A DNA stretch of 63,995 nucleotides, filler included, from Lama guanicoe (taxonomy: Eukaryota), in the NCBI GenBank assembly GCA_013239625.1. It is 176 parts of 176 records of this genome, joined end to end, with 100 filler letters (N's around TTAATTAATTAA, not from the genome) between each part and the next. Parts side by side here need not be neighbours in the genome. Positions count along the whole stretch, not along the records: positions 24,387 to 24,650 come from PNXV01050568.1; positions 24,751 to 25,014 come from PNXV01050569.1; positions 25,115 to 25,378 come from PNXV01050570.1; positions 25,479 to 25,742 come from PNXV01050571.1; positions 25,843 to 26,106 come from PNXV01050572.1; positions 26,207 to 26,470 come from PNXV01050573.1; positions 26,571 to 26,834 come from PNXV01050574.1; positions 26,935 to 27,198 come from PNXV01050575.1; 168 more parts are not named here. One strand, given 5' to 3'. The translations under genes and the position numbers were made by a program. Under the pieces are notes generated by a model, which was not told where the DNA came from, made no database searches, and saw only the letters and a program-made list of their open reading frames with translations. Positions 24,387-36,662 of this stretch are shown here, one piece after another. The number at the start of each line of letters is the position of its first letter. The stretch's first letter is position 1.

Positions 24387-24650
24387 GGCACAAAGGAAGG
24401 TTTGCAACCTGAAAACGCACGTTTGTACCAACATTAGGCCAGCGGTGCCAGGCTGCCAAACGCCGTGAATGACTTTGCCCTTTCAACAACGCTGGGACTT
24501 TTCGGCTGACACAACACCGCATCGTCAGGACTTCAGTGGAGTGGGTGCCTTTACGCCTGAGTTGATACTGACCCCTCGGGCGAGCTCCACCAAGACCGTC
24601 TGAGGTGTGGCCGGTCCTCGGAGCCCGCCCGAACGGAGGGCGGCTGAGAC
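24387..24650. repeat. CpG-rich repeat variant, reverse-complement partner of 26571-26834; candidate satellite
   Basis: Identical terminal 49 bp at both ends; 22 substitutions and no indels in the central 166 bp by manual alignment. Confidence 0.75.
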
Positions 24651-24960
24651 NNNNNNNNNNNNNNNNNNNNNNNNNNNNNNNNNNNNNNNNNNNNTTAATT
24701 AATTAANNNNNNNNNNNNNNNNNNNNNNNNNNNNNNNNNNNNNNNNNNNNACTTGAAGCAGAATAGATCTGGAGGAAGAAGGAAGAGCCGGAGCCAGAGA
24801 CCCCCAGAGTGAGGGGGAAAGTGTGGGTAGAGGGGCAGAGCACACAGGGTCCTGGAAGCCTTTGTGACCACTTTGACTCTTAATGAAATGGTGACCCTTT
24901 TAGTAAGTTTTGAGGGGATGAGTGATCTAGTCCAATTTATGCTTTTGTTTTGTTTTTTTT

Positions 24961-25014
24961 GGGGGGAGAGTAATTTATTTATTTTAATGAAGGCGCTGGG
25001 GATTGAACCCAGGA
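24961..25014 (-). mobile_element. Vic-1-type SINE 3' part
   Basis: 'ttaatgaaggcgctggggattgaacccagga' contains the reverse-complement B-box. Confidence 0.75.
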
Positions 25015-25114
25015 NNNNNNNNNNNNNNNNNNNNNNNNNNNNNNNNNNNNNNNNNNNNTTAATTAATTAANNNNNNNNNNNNNNNNNNNNNNNNNNNNNN
25101 NNNNNNNNNNNNNN

Positions 25115-25378
25115 TATATAATATTTCTGTTTATATAATATTTATACAATATTTGTGTATATATATGTATATGTAATATTTATACAATATTTGTTTATAT
25201 AATATTTGTGTATGTATATATAATATTTATATTATATATGTGTATATATTTATACAGTATTTGTATATATGATATTTCTGTTTATATAATATTTATACAA
25301 TATTTGTGCATATAATATTTCTGTTTATATAATATTTATACAATATTTGTTTATATAATATTTGTATATGAACATATT
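25115..25378. repeat. AT-rich minisatellite-like tandem repeat
   Basis: Recurring 'ttatataatatttatacaatatttg' units. Confidence 0.9.
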
Positions 25379-25478
25379 NNNNNNNNNNNNNNNNNNNNNN
25401 NNNNNNNNNNNNNNNNNNNNNNTTAATTAATTAANNNNNNNNNNNNNNNNNNNNNNNNNNNNNNNNNNNNNNNNNNNN

Positions 25479-25720
25479 ACATATGTAAATTGGAGTTGAG
25501 CTCTTGACGTTAGATAAAAATTGAGTTCAAAATTTGACTTTGTGTCTCATAGTTTGTTACCGGGCAAGTTAGATAAACTCCAAAAGTCACTGCATTTGCT
25601 TCTTCAAAATAGAGATAATTATACTTCCTTACTGTCAGGATTGTTGTGAAGATTAAGTAAAATGGTTTAGGTGTGCTCTTTAGAAGAGTACTGGGTATCG
25701 GCTGTGTAGTTACTCACTGT
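25479..25720 (+). mobile_element. MIR SINE fragment
   Basis: 'gggcaagtta...aaaatagagataattatac...caggattgttgtgaagattaa' MIR core. Confidence 0.7.
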
Positions 25721-26570
25721 TTCTGCATTTCTTTTTATCCCTNNNNNNNNNNNNNNNNNNNNNNNNNNNNNNNNNNNNNNNNNNNNTTAATTAATTAANN
25801 NNNNNNNNNNNNNNNNNNNNNNNNNNNNNNNNNNNNNNNNNNATTTTGGCACGTCTTCCTCCATTTTCTAACATCTCTGCCTCTTTCGTCAACTAGATTA
25901 GAATTTCTAGGTGAATTATTCAGACATTACTGACATCTCAAGTTTAGAAATACCTGGTTTTTAACATGCATCAAGACTGAGAATGGAGGCGATGTGTTGA
26001 TCAAATATAAAATACATCTTGTGTGGAATCAATCTAGAATAAGTGAAAGAATTTCCAAGGATGCAGGTCTTAAATTTATCATGTTATCCACTTAATTGAT
26101 CCTTTTNNNNNNNNNNNNNNNNNNNNNNNNNNNNNNNNNNNNNNNNNNNNTTAATTAATTAANNNNNNNNNNNNNNNNNNNNNNNNNNNNNNNNNNNNNN
26201 NNNNNNAAAAAAAATCCTGCACGTATCGTGAGCAGCCAGTGTTTTCCATGATAAGCGACTGGTACAAAATGGGCAAGATTTTCACGTCTTCTGACTCTGC
26301 CTCTTCTTACTCTGTACGATAAGCTCTGTTCACTTTAGTTCTTGTATTTTATCTAAAAATGAATCTGTGAGCACTTCTGAAAATCGCAAGCACTTTAAAG
26401 GAACTATGCAATTTGGTGTTTTTAAAGTAGAGGTATGGGAATAGCATAATTTTGTTGCCATTCATTTTTTNNNNNNNNNNNNNNNNNNNNNNNNNNNNNN
26501 NNNNNNNNNNNNNNTTAATTAATTAANNNNNNNNNNNNNNNNNNNNNNNNNNNNNNNNNNNNNNNNNNNN

Positions 26571-26834
26571 GTCTCAGCCGCCCTCCGTTCGGGCGGGCTC
26601 CGAGGACCGGCCACACCTCGGACGGTCGCGGTGGAGCTCGCCCGAGGCGTTAGTATCAACTCAGGAGTAAAGGCGCCCATTCAGATGAAGTCCTGATGTT
26701 GGGGTGTTGTGTAAGCCGAAAAGTCCCAACGTTGTTGAAAGGGCAAAGTCATTTACTGTGTTTGGCAGGCTGGCACCGTTGGCCAAATGTTGGTACAAAC
26801 GTGCGTTTTCAGGTTGCAAACCTTCCTTTGTGCC
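26571..26834. repeat. CpG-rich repeat variant, partner of 24387-24650
   Basis: Reverse complement of 24387-24650 with 242/264 identities. Confidence 0.75.
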
Positions 26835-27662
26835 NNNNNNNNNNNNNNNNNNNNNNNNNNNNNNNNNNNNNNNNNNNNTTAATTAATTAANNNNNNNNNN
26901 NNNNNNNNNNNNNNNNNNNNNNNNNNNNNNNNNNGGAGAGCACTGTGTTACAGGGCTGAGAGTAATTGAAAAAAAAAAAAAACCCAGGGGCAACCACTGA
27001 CTTTCTCTCCATAATAGTCATCAATTCTTTTGCATGTGTTTTTAGAGAATGCAAGGCACTTAACTCCTTCCGTTTTTTCAGTTTCCCATATTATTTATAT
27101 ATCTAGTTTGAAGGTCAGAGAAGTTAAGTAACCATCCCAATGTCCACCGTTGGTAAGCTGACAGCTGGGGTGTCTGCCCAGCTGATGAACAACACACTNN
27201 NNNNNNNNNNNNNNNNNNNNNNNNNNNNNNNNNNNNNNNNNNTTAATTAATTAANNNNNNNNNNNNNNNNNNNNNNNNNNNNNNNNNNNNNNNNNNNNAG
27301 TCCACATGGTTATGCTGTCCTCTGATGGGGTCCTTCAGCACCGCCCCATGGCCCCACCCCAAGTTTATGTCAGACTCTAACTACTTCCAGTCCTATGGTC
27401 CTACACCAGAGAGGGTCACCCTCAAGAACTGTGTAATTTTGTCATCACAAGCTGTGCCGCTAAGTCACACTGCCCAAGTTCAAGTTCTGGTGCTTACTAG
27501 CTGCTTGGTTTGGGGTCAGTTATTCAACTCCTCTGCGCCCCTATTCATCTCTCAAACTGGCANNNNNNNNNNNNNNNNNNNNNNNNNNNNNNNNNNNNNN
27601 NNNNNNTTAATTAATTAANNNNNNNNNNNNNNNNNNNNNNNNNNNNNNNNNNNNNNNNNNNN

Positions 27663-27926
27663 TGTCTGTTTTTGTGCCAGTACCATACTGTTTTGATGAC
27701 TGTAGCTTTGTTGTATAATCCGAAGTCAAGGAGTGTTATTCCTCCAGCTGTGTTCTTGTTTCTCAAGACCGTTTTGGCTATTCAGGGTCTTGTGTTTCCA
27801 TACAAAGTTTGAAATTATTTGTTCTACTTCTGTGAAAAATGCCATTGGTATTTTGGTAGGGATTTCATTGAATCTGTAGATTGCCTTGGATAGTATGGTC
27901 ATTTTAACAATACTGATTCTTCCAAT
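27663..27926 (-). mobile_element. LINE-1 ORF2 fragment
   Basis: 'tttgtgccagtaccatactgttttgat...tctgtgaaaaatgccattggtatttt...cattgaatctgtagattgcctt'. Confidence 0.95.
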
Positions 27927-28027
27927 NNNNNNNNNNNNNNNNNNNNNNNNNNNNNNNNNNNNNNNNNNNNTTAATTAATTAANNNNNNNNNNNNNNNNNN
28001 NNNNNNNNNNNNNNNNNNNNNNNNNNC

Positions 28028-28231
28028 TATGGAACCATTCTCTTCATGTACATGAAGCCCAAGTCTAAAGAGACATTTAATTCAGATACCTTGGGTGGTA
28101 CTGACAAACTTATATCCATGTTCTATGGGATTATTGCACCTATGATGAATCCTTTAATCTACAGTCTTAGGAACAAGGACGTGAAGGAAGCAGTAAAACT
28201 ATTCCTGAGAAGAAAAATTTTCAATAAGTGA
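28028..28231 (+). CDS. Olfactory receptor C-terminus (TM6 end, TM7, stop), OR13C-like
   Basis: [57 protein letters not shown]...[12 protein letters not shown] motif and the long EC3 loop typical of OR13C. Confidence 0.92.
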   Translation, partial: YGTILFMYMKPKSKETFNSDTLGGTDKLISMFYGIIAPMMNPLIYSLRNKDVKEAVKLFLRRKIFNK

Positions 28232-28861
28232 TCAGAAAGGGACAGGTCACAATGTAGAATCAACTAGGGAAACCAAAGAGTCACATAGGTNNNNNNNNNN
28301 NNNNNNNNNNNNNNNNNNNNNNNNNNNNNNNNNNTTAATTAATTAANNNNNNNNNNNNNNNNNNNNNNNNNNNNNNNNNNNNNNNNNNNNCTGCACAGGG
28401 AGGCCGATGTTGGGCCCCTGCTGGCCTGTGCACAGCGCCTCACAGCCTGGGCTGGACCCAGCCTGGCTGGGGAGACCTCACAGCCCCTACAGGGTGGCCA
28501 GGCCAGCCCCATGAGGCCTGAGGCATTTTTTTAAATGTGGTAAAAGTTAATCTTGTATTGGGTCTTTTCTCCTGTGGATACACTTCCTGGTCTGGTGTTT
28601 GCAGGTTAATTTAATTTTGTTTGTTTCTTGCTCATGCAGAATACAGTTGATTTTNNNNNNNNNNNNNNNNNNNNNNNNNNNNNNNNNNNNNNNNNNNNTT
28701 AATTAATTAANNNNNNNNNNNNNNNNNNNNNNNNNNNNNNNNNNNNNNNNNNNNTCATGATCAAAATTTAATGAAAGAGGCTGTAATAAACACTGAAAAT
28801 AGAGTGAAAAAATATATAAACTCTAATTGACTTGGATGAGGGCTGCTATTCTCTTTGTTTT

Positions 28862-28972
28862 GGGGGGGGTAATTAGGTTTATTTATTAAATTTTTAATGG
28901 AGGCACTGGGGATTGAACCCAGGACCTATGCATGCTAAGCACGCACTCTACCACTGACCTATACCCTCCCCC
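28862..28972 (-). mobile_element. Full-length tRNA-derived SINE, camelid Vic-1 type
   Basis: Reverse complement ggggagggtataggtcagtggtagag (A box)...gggttcaatccccag (B box)...aataaataaacctaattacccc; recognised as the camelid SINE family. Confidence 0.85.
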
Positions 28973-31900
28973 TCACCCAAGAGTTGCTACTGTGTGTTAA
29001 TTTTTTTCCATTTCAATTNNNNNNNNNNNNNNNNNNNNNNNNNNNNNNNNNNNNNNNNNNNNTTAATTAATTAANNNNNNNNNNNNNNNNNNNNNNNNNN
29101 NNNNNNNNNNNNNNNNNNTGGCTCCCAAGAACCTCTGGTTGACCAAATTGAGTCTGACGTTTTCCTTCACGCTTGCCAATCGTTGCCTGGCTTTTCAAAA
29201 ATGGATCAAACTCAGTTCAAACTGCTGGAAATAAGGTGGGAATCAGATTGGATAAGGATCAGATCTGGGGATAAAATTCATTTGCCTTCCTACCTTGCTC
29301 CATCACCCTATTAGCACATCCATCCAAAATGGGAGGAATTCCAGATTACCATCCTACCAGAGAAAGTCTGTTTTGTCAGCCTNNNNNNNNNNNNNNNNNN
29401 NNNNNNNNNNNNNNNNNNNNNNNNNNTTAATTAATTAANNNNNNNNNNNNNNNNNNNNNNNNNNNNNNNNNNNNNNNNNNNNCTTTGTGGTATTGTGTCT
29501 TACATTTACTTTGCTGTAACGTATAAATTCCGCAATTTAGTGTCATTACTTTTACTTTATATTGATATTTATCTTAGAAATAATTAAGAGTAGTAAATAG
29601 ATAGCATTTTATGTTTATGTATACATTGCCCATTTCCGGTTCTCTTCATTTCTTTGCATAGGTTGAAGTTTTTATGTTGTAGCATTTCCTTTGAGCCTGA
29701 AGAAGTTCCAGCCCCCTCCCTTTTTTTTTTTTTTTTTTTTTTTTACNNNNNNNNNNNNNNNNNNNNNNNNNNNNNNNNNNNNNNNNNNNNTTAATTAATT
29801 AANNNNNNNNNNNNNNNNNNNNNNNNNNNNNNNNNNNNNNNNNNNNATACGGCCTCAAAGAATAGGCCTAGCTATCGGGACATTTGAGGGTGCCCGAGAA
29901 AACATTGGCTTGACAATGGACCCATCAGTGAGACTGTCAATCATAGGCCCTGCCCTTTCCCACAGAGTTTCCAATGACTAACTCGGTTCTGCAGGAGTAA
30001 TGGCCAAGCATCGCCGCACATTGGAGACACCCTTCAACGTGAAAGAAGATAAAACTAAAACAAAGAATTCTGTTGTTCAGGGGAAACAAAAGTTAAGGAG
30101 CAGATGCCAANNNNNNNNNNNNNNNNNNNNNNNNNNNNNNNNNNNNNNNNNNNNTTAATTAATTAANNNNNNNNNNNNNNNNNNNNNNNNNNNNNNNNNN
30201 NNNNNNNNNNGCAGAAAACAAGATCAAACAAAGAGCACACAGTATATGTGGGGAAATGCCCTTCATTGTGAAGTCTACACATGAGTAATGTTATTAATGC
30301 AGCCTCTCTCCTTTCCTCCACACCAGCGCTGGCTCTCAAGGAGACAGAACCCTCCAAAGCACATGTTGCCCACCTTGGCTGTTTGTCACGCAAAAGCAAG
30401 TCTATGGGACCTCAAATCATGAGCAATGCGATCGCAAAGGTGGGGCGTTCTTGTCAACTACTGCAAAATACAGCNNNNNNNNNNNNNNNNNNNNNNNNNN
30501 NNNNNNNNNNNNNNNNNNTTAATTAATTAANNNNNNNNNNNNNNNNNNNNNNNNNNNNNNNNNNNNNNNNNNNNTGCAGCAGAGCTGCTGCCCCGCCATG
30601 CAGACATGGAGGCAATAAACAAGTACAGCTCCACTACTTTATCTACAAAATATTTGAAATGCAGGTTCCTTTTTAGCTACAGGTGTTTTATTTCTAATAT
30701 GTATACCAAATTCATCAGGCTATTACCATGGAAACAACTCCAGAGCCAAGCCAAGGGCTAGAAAGGTGGTGCCCACAGAAAAGGCAGACCTCTGCCTCCC
30801 AGCCCCTCCTCTGCCCTGGAAGGAGCAGCTCCCCATCANNNNNNNNNNNNNNNNNNNNNNNNNNNNNNNNNNNNNNNNNNNNTTAATTAATTAANNNNNN
30901 NNNNNNNNNNNNNNNNNNNNNNNNNNNNNNNNNNNNNNAGGGTGCCCTTCCCTCTGCCCCTCACAGATCCTAGACTCATTCAAATGCTCACCTTTCCTCT
31001 TGCCTTTTTGAAAAGCACAGCTCTTCCTGCCTCCCACGCGTCCTAATGTGCATAACATGGGCCATGGGGGTACAGAGATCTGGGTTAGAATTCTGTGATT
31101 GCCCCTTGGCTGGCTGTGTGTGAGCGCATTTAGCCTGCAGGGCCAGAGTCACTGAGCGTAGAATGCAAACAGCATTAGCAGTTCCTAATTGCCGACCGAA
31201 GGNNNNNNNNNNNNNNNNNNNNNNNNNNNNNNNNNNNNNNNNNNNNTTAATTAATTAANNNNNNNNNNNNNNNNNNNNNNNNNNNNNNNNNNNNNNNNNN
31301 NNACAGAAATGAGGACAAGGATTATAAAAGAAGGAAACACAAAGGCACAGTGTAATGCAGGAGCAAGGCAGGCAGCATCAAAACTAGGAATTTGATAAAC
31401 TAGAAGTATCTGAAAAACACTAAAGATCAAGAACATCATGTTAAAGAAGTTAAGGCAAAAACGTCATATGAGTTCTTAAGTAAAGATGTTGGGACATTTC
31501 CCAGATTTACTGAATTAGCATAAGCAGTAATAGAGTGCAAGAATGCAAATTCTTATTCTGGGCTTTNNNNNNNNNNNNNNNNNNNNNNNNNNNNNNNNNN
31601 NNNNNNNNNNTTAATTAATTAANNNNNNNNNNNNNNNNNNNNNNNNNNNNNNNNNNNNNNNNNNNNCCACATCCTTTGCCAGGACCTCGTGCTCATTTTC
31701 AGAACTTGGCCCAGTTGGTGCTGATCCCCAGGGCCTGAGACAAGGTATCTGTGAGGCCTTCTCTGCTAAGAGCAACCAGGCTGACAGGGAACTGTGTGCT
31801 GTGAAGCAGAGAGCGAGCACGCAGACCCTCTGTGGAAGGATCTGTGGGAACATCCCAAAGGCACACACAGGTCTAAACATGGACACTGGAATCTTTTGAT

Positions 31901-32030
31901 AGGCATCTTCATTGGAAATCTGCTCCTTGANNNNNNNNNNNNNNNNNNNNNNNNNNNNNNNNNNNNNNNNNNNNTTAATTAATTAANNNNNNNNNNNNNN
32001 NNNNNNNNNNNNNNNNNNNNNNNNNNNNNN

Positions 32031-32294
32031 GACGTGAGCTCGCAGACTTTTTTCTGGTTTGTGGACATGACTTGGGCTCACTGACATGATGCAGGCTCTG
32101 GGACATGATGCCGACTCATGGACACAAGGGCTCAGGGAGATGATGTAGGCTTGGGGAGATTATGTGGGCTTGGGCAAATGTGGGCTTGGGGAGAGAATGT
32201 AGGCTTGGGGAGATGATTTGGTTTCACGGACATGACACTGGCTCTGGGAGATGATGCAGGCTCAGGGAGATGACGGGGCCTGGAGGAGATGATG
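32031..32294. repeat. Degenerate ~19-bp minisatellite (gggagatgatgYaggctY), bubble partner of 33487-33750
   Basis: Visible tandem units; the partner differs by 8 substitutions and has identical 49-bp ends. Confidence 0.9.
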
Positions 32295-32760
32295 NNNNNN
32301 NNNNNNNNNNNNNNNNNNNNNNNNNNNNNNNNNNNNNNTTAATTAATTAANNNNNNNNNNNNNNNNNNNNNNNNNNNNNNNNNNNNNNNNNNNNGTAAAA
32401 ATTAATATGTAGGTCTTGGGCTAGTGAAAATAAGAGAAAAAGCCCAAAAAGGCAGCAGTGACATTTTGCATTCTTTTCAAATTACAGATTCTTAAAATAA
32501 TTCAAGAATTTAAGAATCAGGGCTTAATCTTTACTTCCTAACCAAAATATGTAATGATCACATTACGAAAATTAAATAAAAATGGGACAGATGGCCTGGT
32601 AATGCAATGCAGGCAAAAGATCAAGGATATGTGCAAGGACTTGTTATTTTGATCCAATNNNNNNNNNNNNNNNNNNNNNNNNNNNNNNNNNNNNNNNNNN
32701 NNTTAATTAATTAANNNNNNNNNNNNNNNNNNNNNNNNNNNNNNNNNNNNNNNNNNNNTC

Positions 32761-33021
32761 CTCACCTATGTATTCAGCATCTTAGGTAACCTGACAATCA
32801 TCACCCTCACGCTACTGGACTCCCATCTCCAGACTCCCATGTATTTCTTCCTCTGGAACTTCTCCTTCCTAGAAATTTTCTTTACAACCCCTTTTACTCC
32901 TAGGCTACTATTCAGCATCTCAACCGGAAACAGGAGCATCAGCTTTGCTGGCTGCTTCACTCAGTATTTCTTTGCCATCTGCAAACCCCTGCATTACACG
33001 ACCATCATGAGCAACAGAGTC
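32761..33021 (+). pseudogene. OR6C-like olfactory receptor with an in-frame deletion of most of TM3 and the DRY motif
   Basis: [38 protein letters not shown]...[23 protein letters not shown]; the ~21 residues normally between FFAI and CKPLHY, including MSYDRYVAI, are missing. Confidence 0.9.
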
Positions 33022-33486
33022 TNNNNNNNNNNNNNNNNNNNNNNNNNNNNNNNNNNNNNNNNNNNNTTAATTAATTAANNNNNNNNNNNNNNNNNNNNNN
33101 NNNNNNNNNNNNNNNNNNNNNNGATGGGCTCTTTGGTGAGTAAGTTTCATCTCTCTGAACCTCAGTTTCCTCGCTTGGAAAATGGGTATAATAACACACA
33201 CATCCCTGCAACCAGGACACGGGAGGCTGGAGGAAGTCCCTCCCGCAGGGTGTTGAACACAGTGCCTAGGATGTGGAGGTCACAATTGTGATGATCGTGA
33301 AAACAAGCAGAGCAAACCAGCTCTGCCCACTTGCCAGTGTGGGCTAGAACTGGTCCCACCTGAAGTAGCTCTGAGCCCTAAGCAGGNNNNNNNNNNNNNN
33401 NNNNNNNNNNNNNNNNNNNNNNNNNNNNNNTTAATTAATTAANNNNNNNNNNNNNNNNNNNNNNNNNNNNNNNNNNNNNNNNNNNN

Positions 33487-33750
33487 GACGTGAGCTCGCA
33501 GACTTTTTTCTGGTTTGTGGACATGACTTGGGCTCGCTGACATGATGCGGGCTCTGGGACATGATGCCGACTCATCGACACAAGGGCTCAGGGAGATGAT
33601 GTAGGCTTGGGGAGATGATGTGGGCTTGGGCAAATGTGGGCTTGGGGAGAGAATGCAGGCTTGGGGAGATGATTTGGTTTCACAGACATGACGCTGGCTC
33701 GGGGAGATGATGCAGGCTCAGGGAGATGACGGGGCCTGGAGGAGATGATG
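33487..33750. repeat. Minisatellite, second bubble arm of 32031-32294
   Basis: 256/264 identical to 32031-32294. Confidence 0.9.
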
Positions 33751-35306
33751 NNNNNNNNNNNNNNNNNNNNNNNNNNNNNNNNNNNNNNNNNNNNTTAATT
33801 AATTAANNNNNNNNNNNNNNNNNNNNNNNNNNNNNNNNNNNNNNNNNNNNGTGAGAAACATAAATTCACAGACCCAAGAAGTGTGACAAATCCAAAGCAA
33901 AGCAAACACAAGGAAGCCACGCGCAGCTGCGGAGGGAGCTCTTCAGAGGGCTTCTTAAAGCAGCGGAGTAAAACGTTGGTTCTTTAAAAAGAATGACACA
34001 GTCTCGCCACATCCCCGTGAGGCCGACTTGGGGAGGAACATAAATTACAGCTTCAGCCGCGGGACAGGAGGCCACCCGACCCTCGTTGTTAAAAGGCACA
34101 TCCGGGAATACGACNNNNNNNNNNNNNNNNNNNNNNNNNNNNNNNNNNNNNNNNNNNNTTAATTAATTAANNNNNNNNNNNNNNNNNNNNNNNNNNNNNN
34201 NNNNNNNNNNNNNNAGAAGTGAGGGGTCCTGGAATATAGTCACTACTTCCCACCTATACCTACTTTCATGACTTTCAGCAAATAGGATACCCTCTCTGCA
34301 ACTTAGTCTCTTCACCTGTAAATTGAGAGAGTTGTACTTAATTGCTTCCAATTTTCTTCCTAGCACGAACATTCTGAATCTGTGGTAGAGAACCACTTGC
34401 CAATTCTTTAGATGGATAGGCTGACCTCCTTACTGTTTACCTGAAAGCCAATTTTCAGCATCACTCTTTGGAGCAAGANNNNNNNNNNNNNNNNNNNNNN
34501 NNNNNNNNNNNNNNNNNNNNNNTTAATTAATTAANNNNNNNNNNNNNNNNNNNNNNNNNNNNNNNNNNNNNNNNNNNNGCATTGAATGAATAAAATAGAA
34601 TTTGTTTATATGTTATGCTATGAATGATCATTTCGGTTGTTTTCAATTTGGGGCTATATATGAACACTGTTTCTATAAATATTTTTGTACAGATTTTTTT
34701 TTGTATATGTGCATACCTGTCCTTACATGATAAGTTTTGCATTTGCCTCTCCCAGGACCCTGGGAATTTCACTGCTCCTAGACCAGCATTTGTTCCATGG
34801 TGCAGTTTTATACACCATGGGGTAGTGAAAATCACCTCCCTTNNNNNNNNNNNNNNNNNNNNNNNNNNNNNNNNNNNNNNNNNNNNTTAATTAATTAANN
34901 NNNNNNNNNNNNNNNNNNNNNNNNNNNNNNNNNNNNNNNNNNAGATCTTTTAAGTTTGTAAAAAATTAGCTTTCTCATGTCTCCTAATTGTCATCATAGA
35001 CTTTGACCATCTATCAATAAGGACTTGAATTTAAGAGTAGGTAGTTGGATGTATGTGTGGGAAGCTGGTTTAAATTGGGTTGTAAGGTAATGCCATTTTA
35101 AGTAAATAACAAGAGTAATTAGCTGTGCAAACAGCTTTCTAGGCTGTTTCAGGATGGGTTTTTTAGGCAAAGAATAGTATGGTAAAGGTAAATGTTACAA
35201 AGAAGTNNNNNNNNNNNNNNNNNNNNNNNNNNNNNNNNNNNNNNNNNNNNTTAATTAATTAANNNNNNNNNNNNNNNNNNNNNNNNNNNNNNNNNNNNNN
35301 NNNNNN

Positions 35307-35570
35307 CTGCTTCCTCAGTGAAGTTTCTGGGATTCCGGGTGTCTAAGGGCATATCAGGGTATACCTTCAAATTAGAATAAAAATTACTACATTTTGTACC
35401 TCCTAAGAGGAATCAAAAAGTACAATACACTACATTGATGAGATAACATACACCACATTGGTGACTGCTGTTCTGGCCCACGTACTAAGTAATCCATAAA
35501 ACTGCTCATAATAAGGGAAAGCTCTCCAGGTGGCCCAGACTTTGATGCAAGCAGAGTCCTTATGACTCTC
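35307..35570 (+). mobile_element. ERVL pol (RT) remnant
   Basis: SSVKFLG...KLLHFVPP...HTPHW*LLFWPTY*VIHKTA...KALQVAQ versus ERVL TSVKFLG...KLLHLAPP...HIPHLGVLLWPIYQVTRKAA...KALQQVQ. Confidence 0.75.
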
Positions 35571-36521
35571 NNNNNNNNNNNNNNNNNNNNNNNNNNNNNN
35601 NNNNNNNNNNNNNNTTAATTAATTAANNNNNNNNNNNNNNNNNNNNNNNNNNNNNNNNNNNNNNNNNNNNAAATGAAATGAAACCATGATGCTTCTATTC
35701 CGTGAAAATCATTTTTATATTGTTTGCAAAAACCATAGATTTCAGTTGGACAAATGTGTCAGCAACTTAATAAGACAGTTATTCTTGGAGTTAAATTGAA
35801 ATCATTCACAAAAATAAGCTCTCTGGCAAACTTGAAACCCCAGGGGGATTTTAGATCTTGCTTAATGTAAAATTCCTTGAAGCAAAGACTAGCAGGCATT
35901 ATGTTACAGTTCCAGGCAGTTTATTGTTTTTTTTNNNNNNNNNNNNNNNNNNNNNNNNNNNNNNNNNNNNNNNNNNNNTTAATTAATTAANNNNNNNNNN
36001 NNNNNNNNNNNNNNNNNNNNNNNNNNNNNNNNNNCAACATGCGAAGTTAAATCAGAGTGTACCCCCACTTTTTAGTAAATCTGTGAACATTATGTCTTTC
36101 TTCGTCTTTATTAAAAATCAGGTTTCCCTTTTGAAATTGCCCTGTATCTTGTGACTCCTACAAAGTCACTGCCATTCAAACACATTAGCATAAACAGAGT
36201 AGATGTCCTGCAGGGCACTCCAGGGGCGCAGCACGGGGGAGCTCTCTGGCATTTTAAGAGGAAGACCATGATCTAGAAGCGGCCACTGCAAGTCTTGANN
36301 NNNNNNNNNNNNNNNNNNNNNNNNNNNNNNNNNNNNNNNNNNTTAATTAATTAANNNNNNNNNNNNNNNNNNNNNNNNNNNNNNNNNNNNNNNNNNNNAC
36401 TGGCGCCTGGATCTAGGATCCTGGGTCTTTGTCGAGACTCTGCTCTCTGAGGCCTCCCTGCAGCCTGCGTGCTCTCCATCCCCAGGGATTTAGTGGTCTT
36501 CACCCTCGCTTGTGCCCACAG

Positions 36522-36662
36522 GTCTCCAACCAAGGCCAGTCACTCAACACCCTGGGCTCTGCCTTCCTCAACATCATGTGGCCTCACGAGATTGCCAATG
36601 GGAAGTGGCTGCTGTACCCCATGCGGGTGGAGCTGGAGGGCGGGCAGGGGCCCAGGCAGAAG
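36522..36662 (+). CDS. ITGA7: Integrin alpha-7 exon (calf-2 region), cut by the contig edge
   Basis: Acceptor 'cccacag' ends at 36521, then VSNQGQSLNTLGSAFLNIMWPHEIANGKWLLYPMRVELEGGQGPRQK, near-identical to recalled ITGA7. Confidence 0.93.

Noticed and set aside
24331..26890. Two similar short ORFs (CCVSRKVP...RWPNVGTNVRFQVANLPLC) suggesting a small gene family
   Set aside because: The similarity just follows from the two contigs being variants of one repeat; part is the shared 49-bp end, the start codons differ and there is no recognisable domain.
28862..28972. tRNA-like sequence with A and B boxes
   Set aside because: It continues into an AT-rich SINE tail and recurs as partial diverged copies, so it is a tRNA-derived SINE rather than a tRNA gene.
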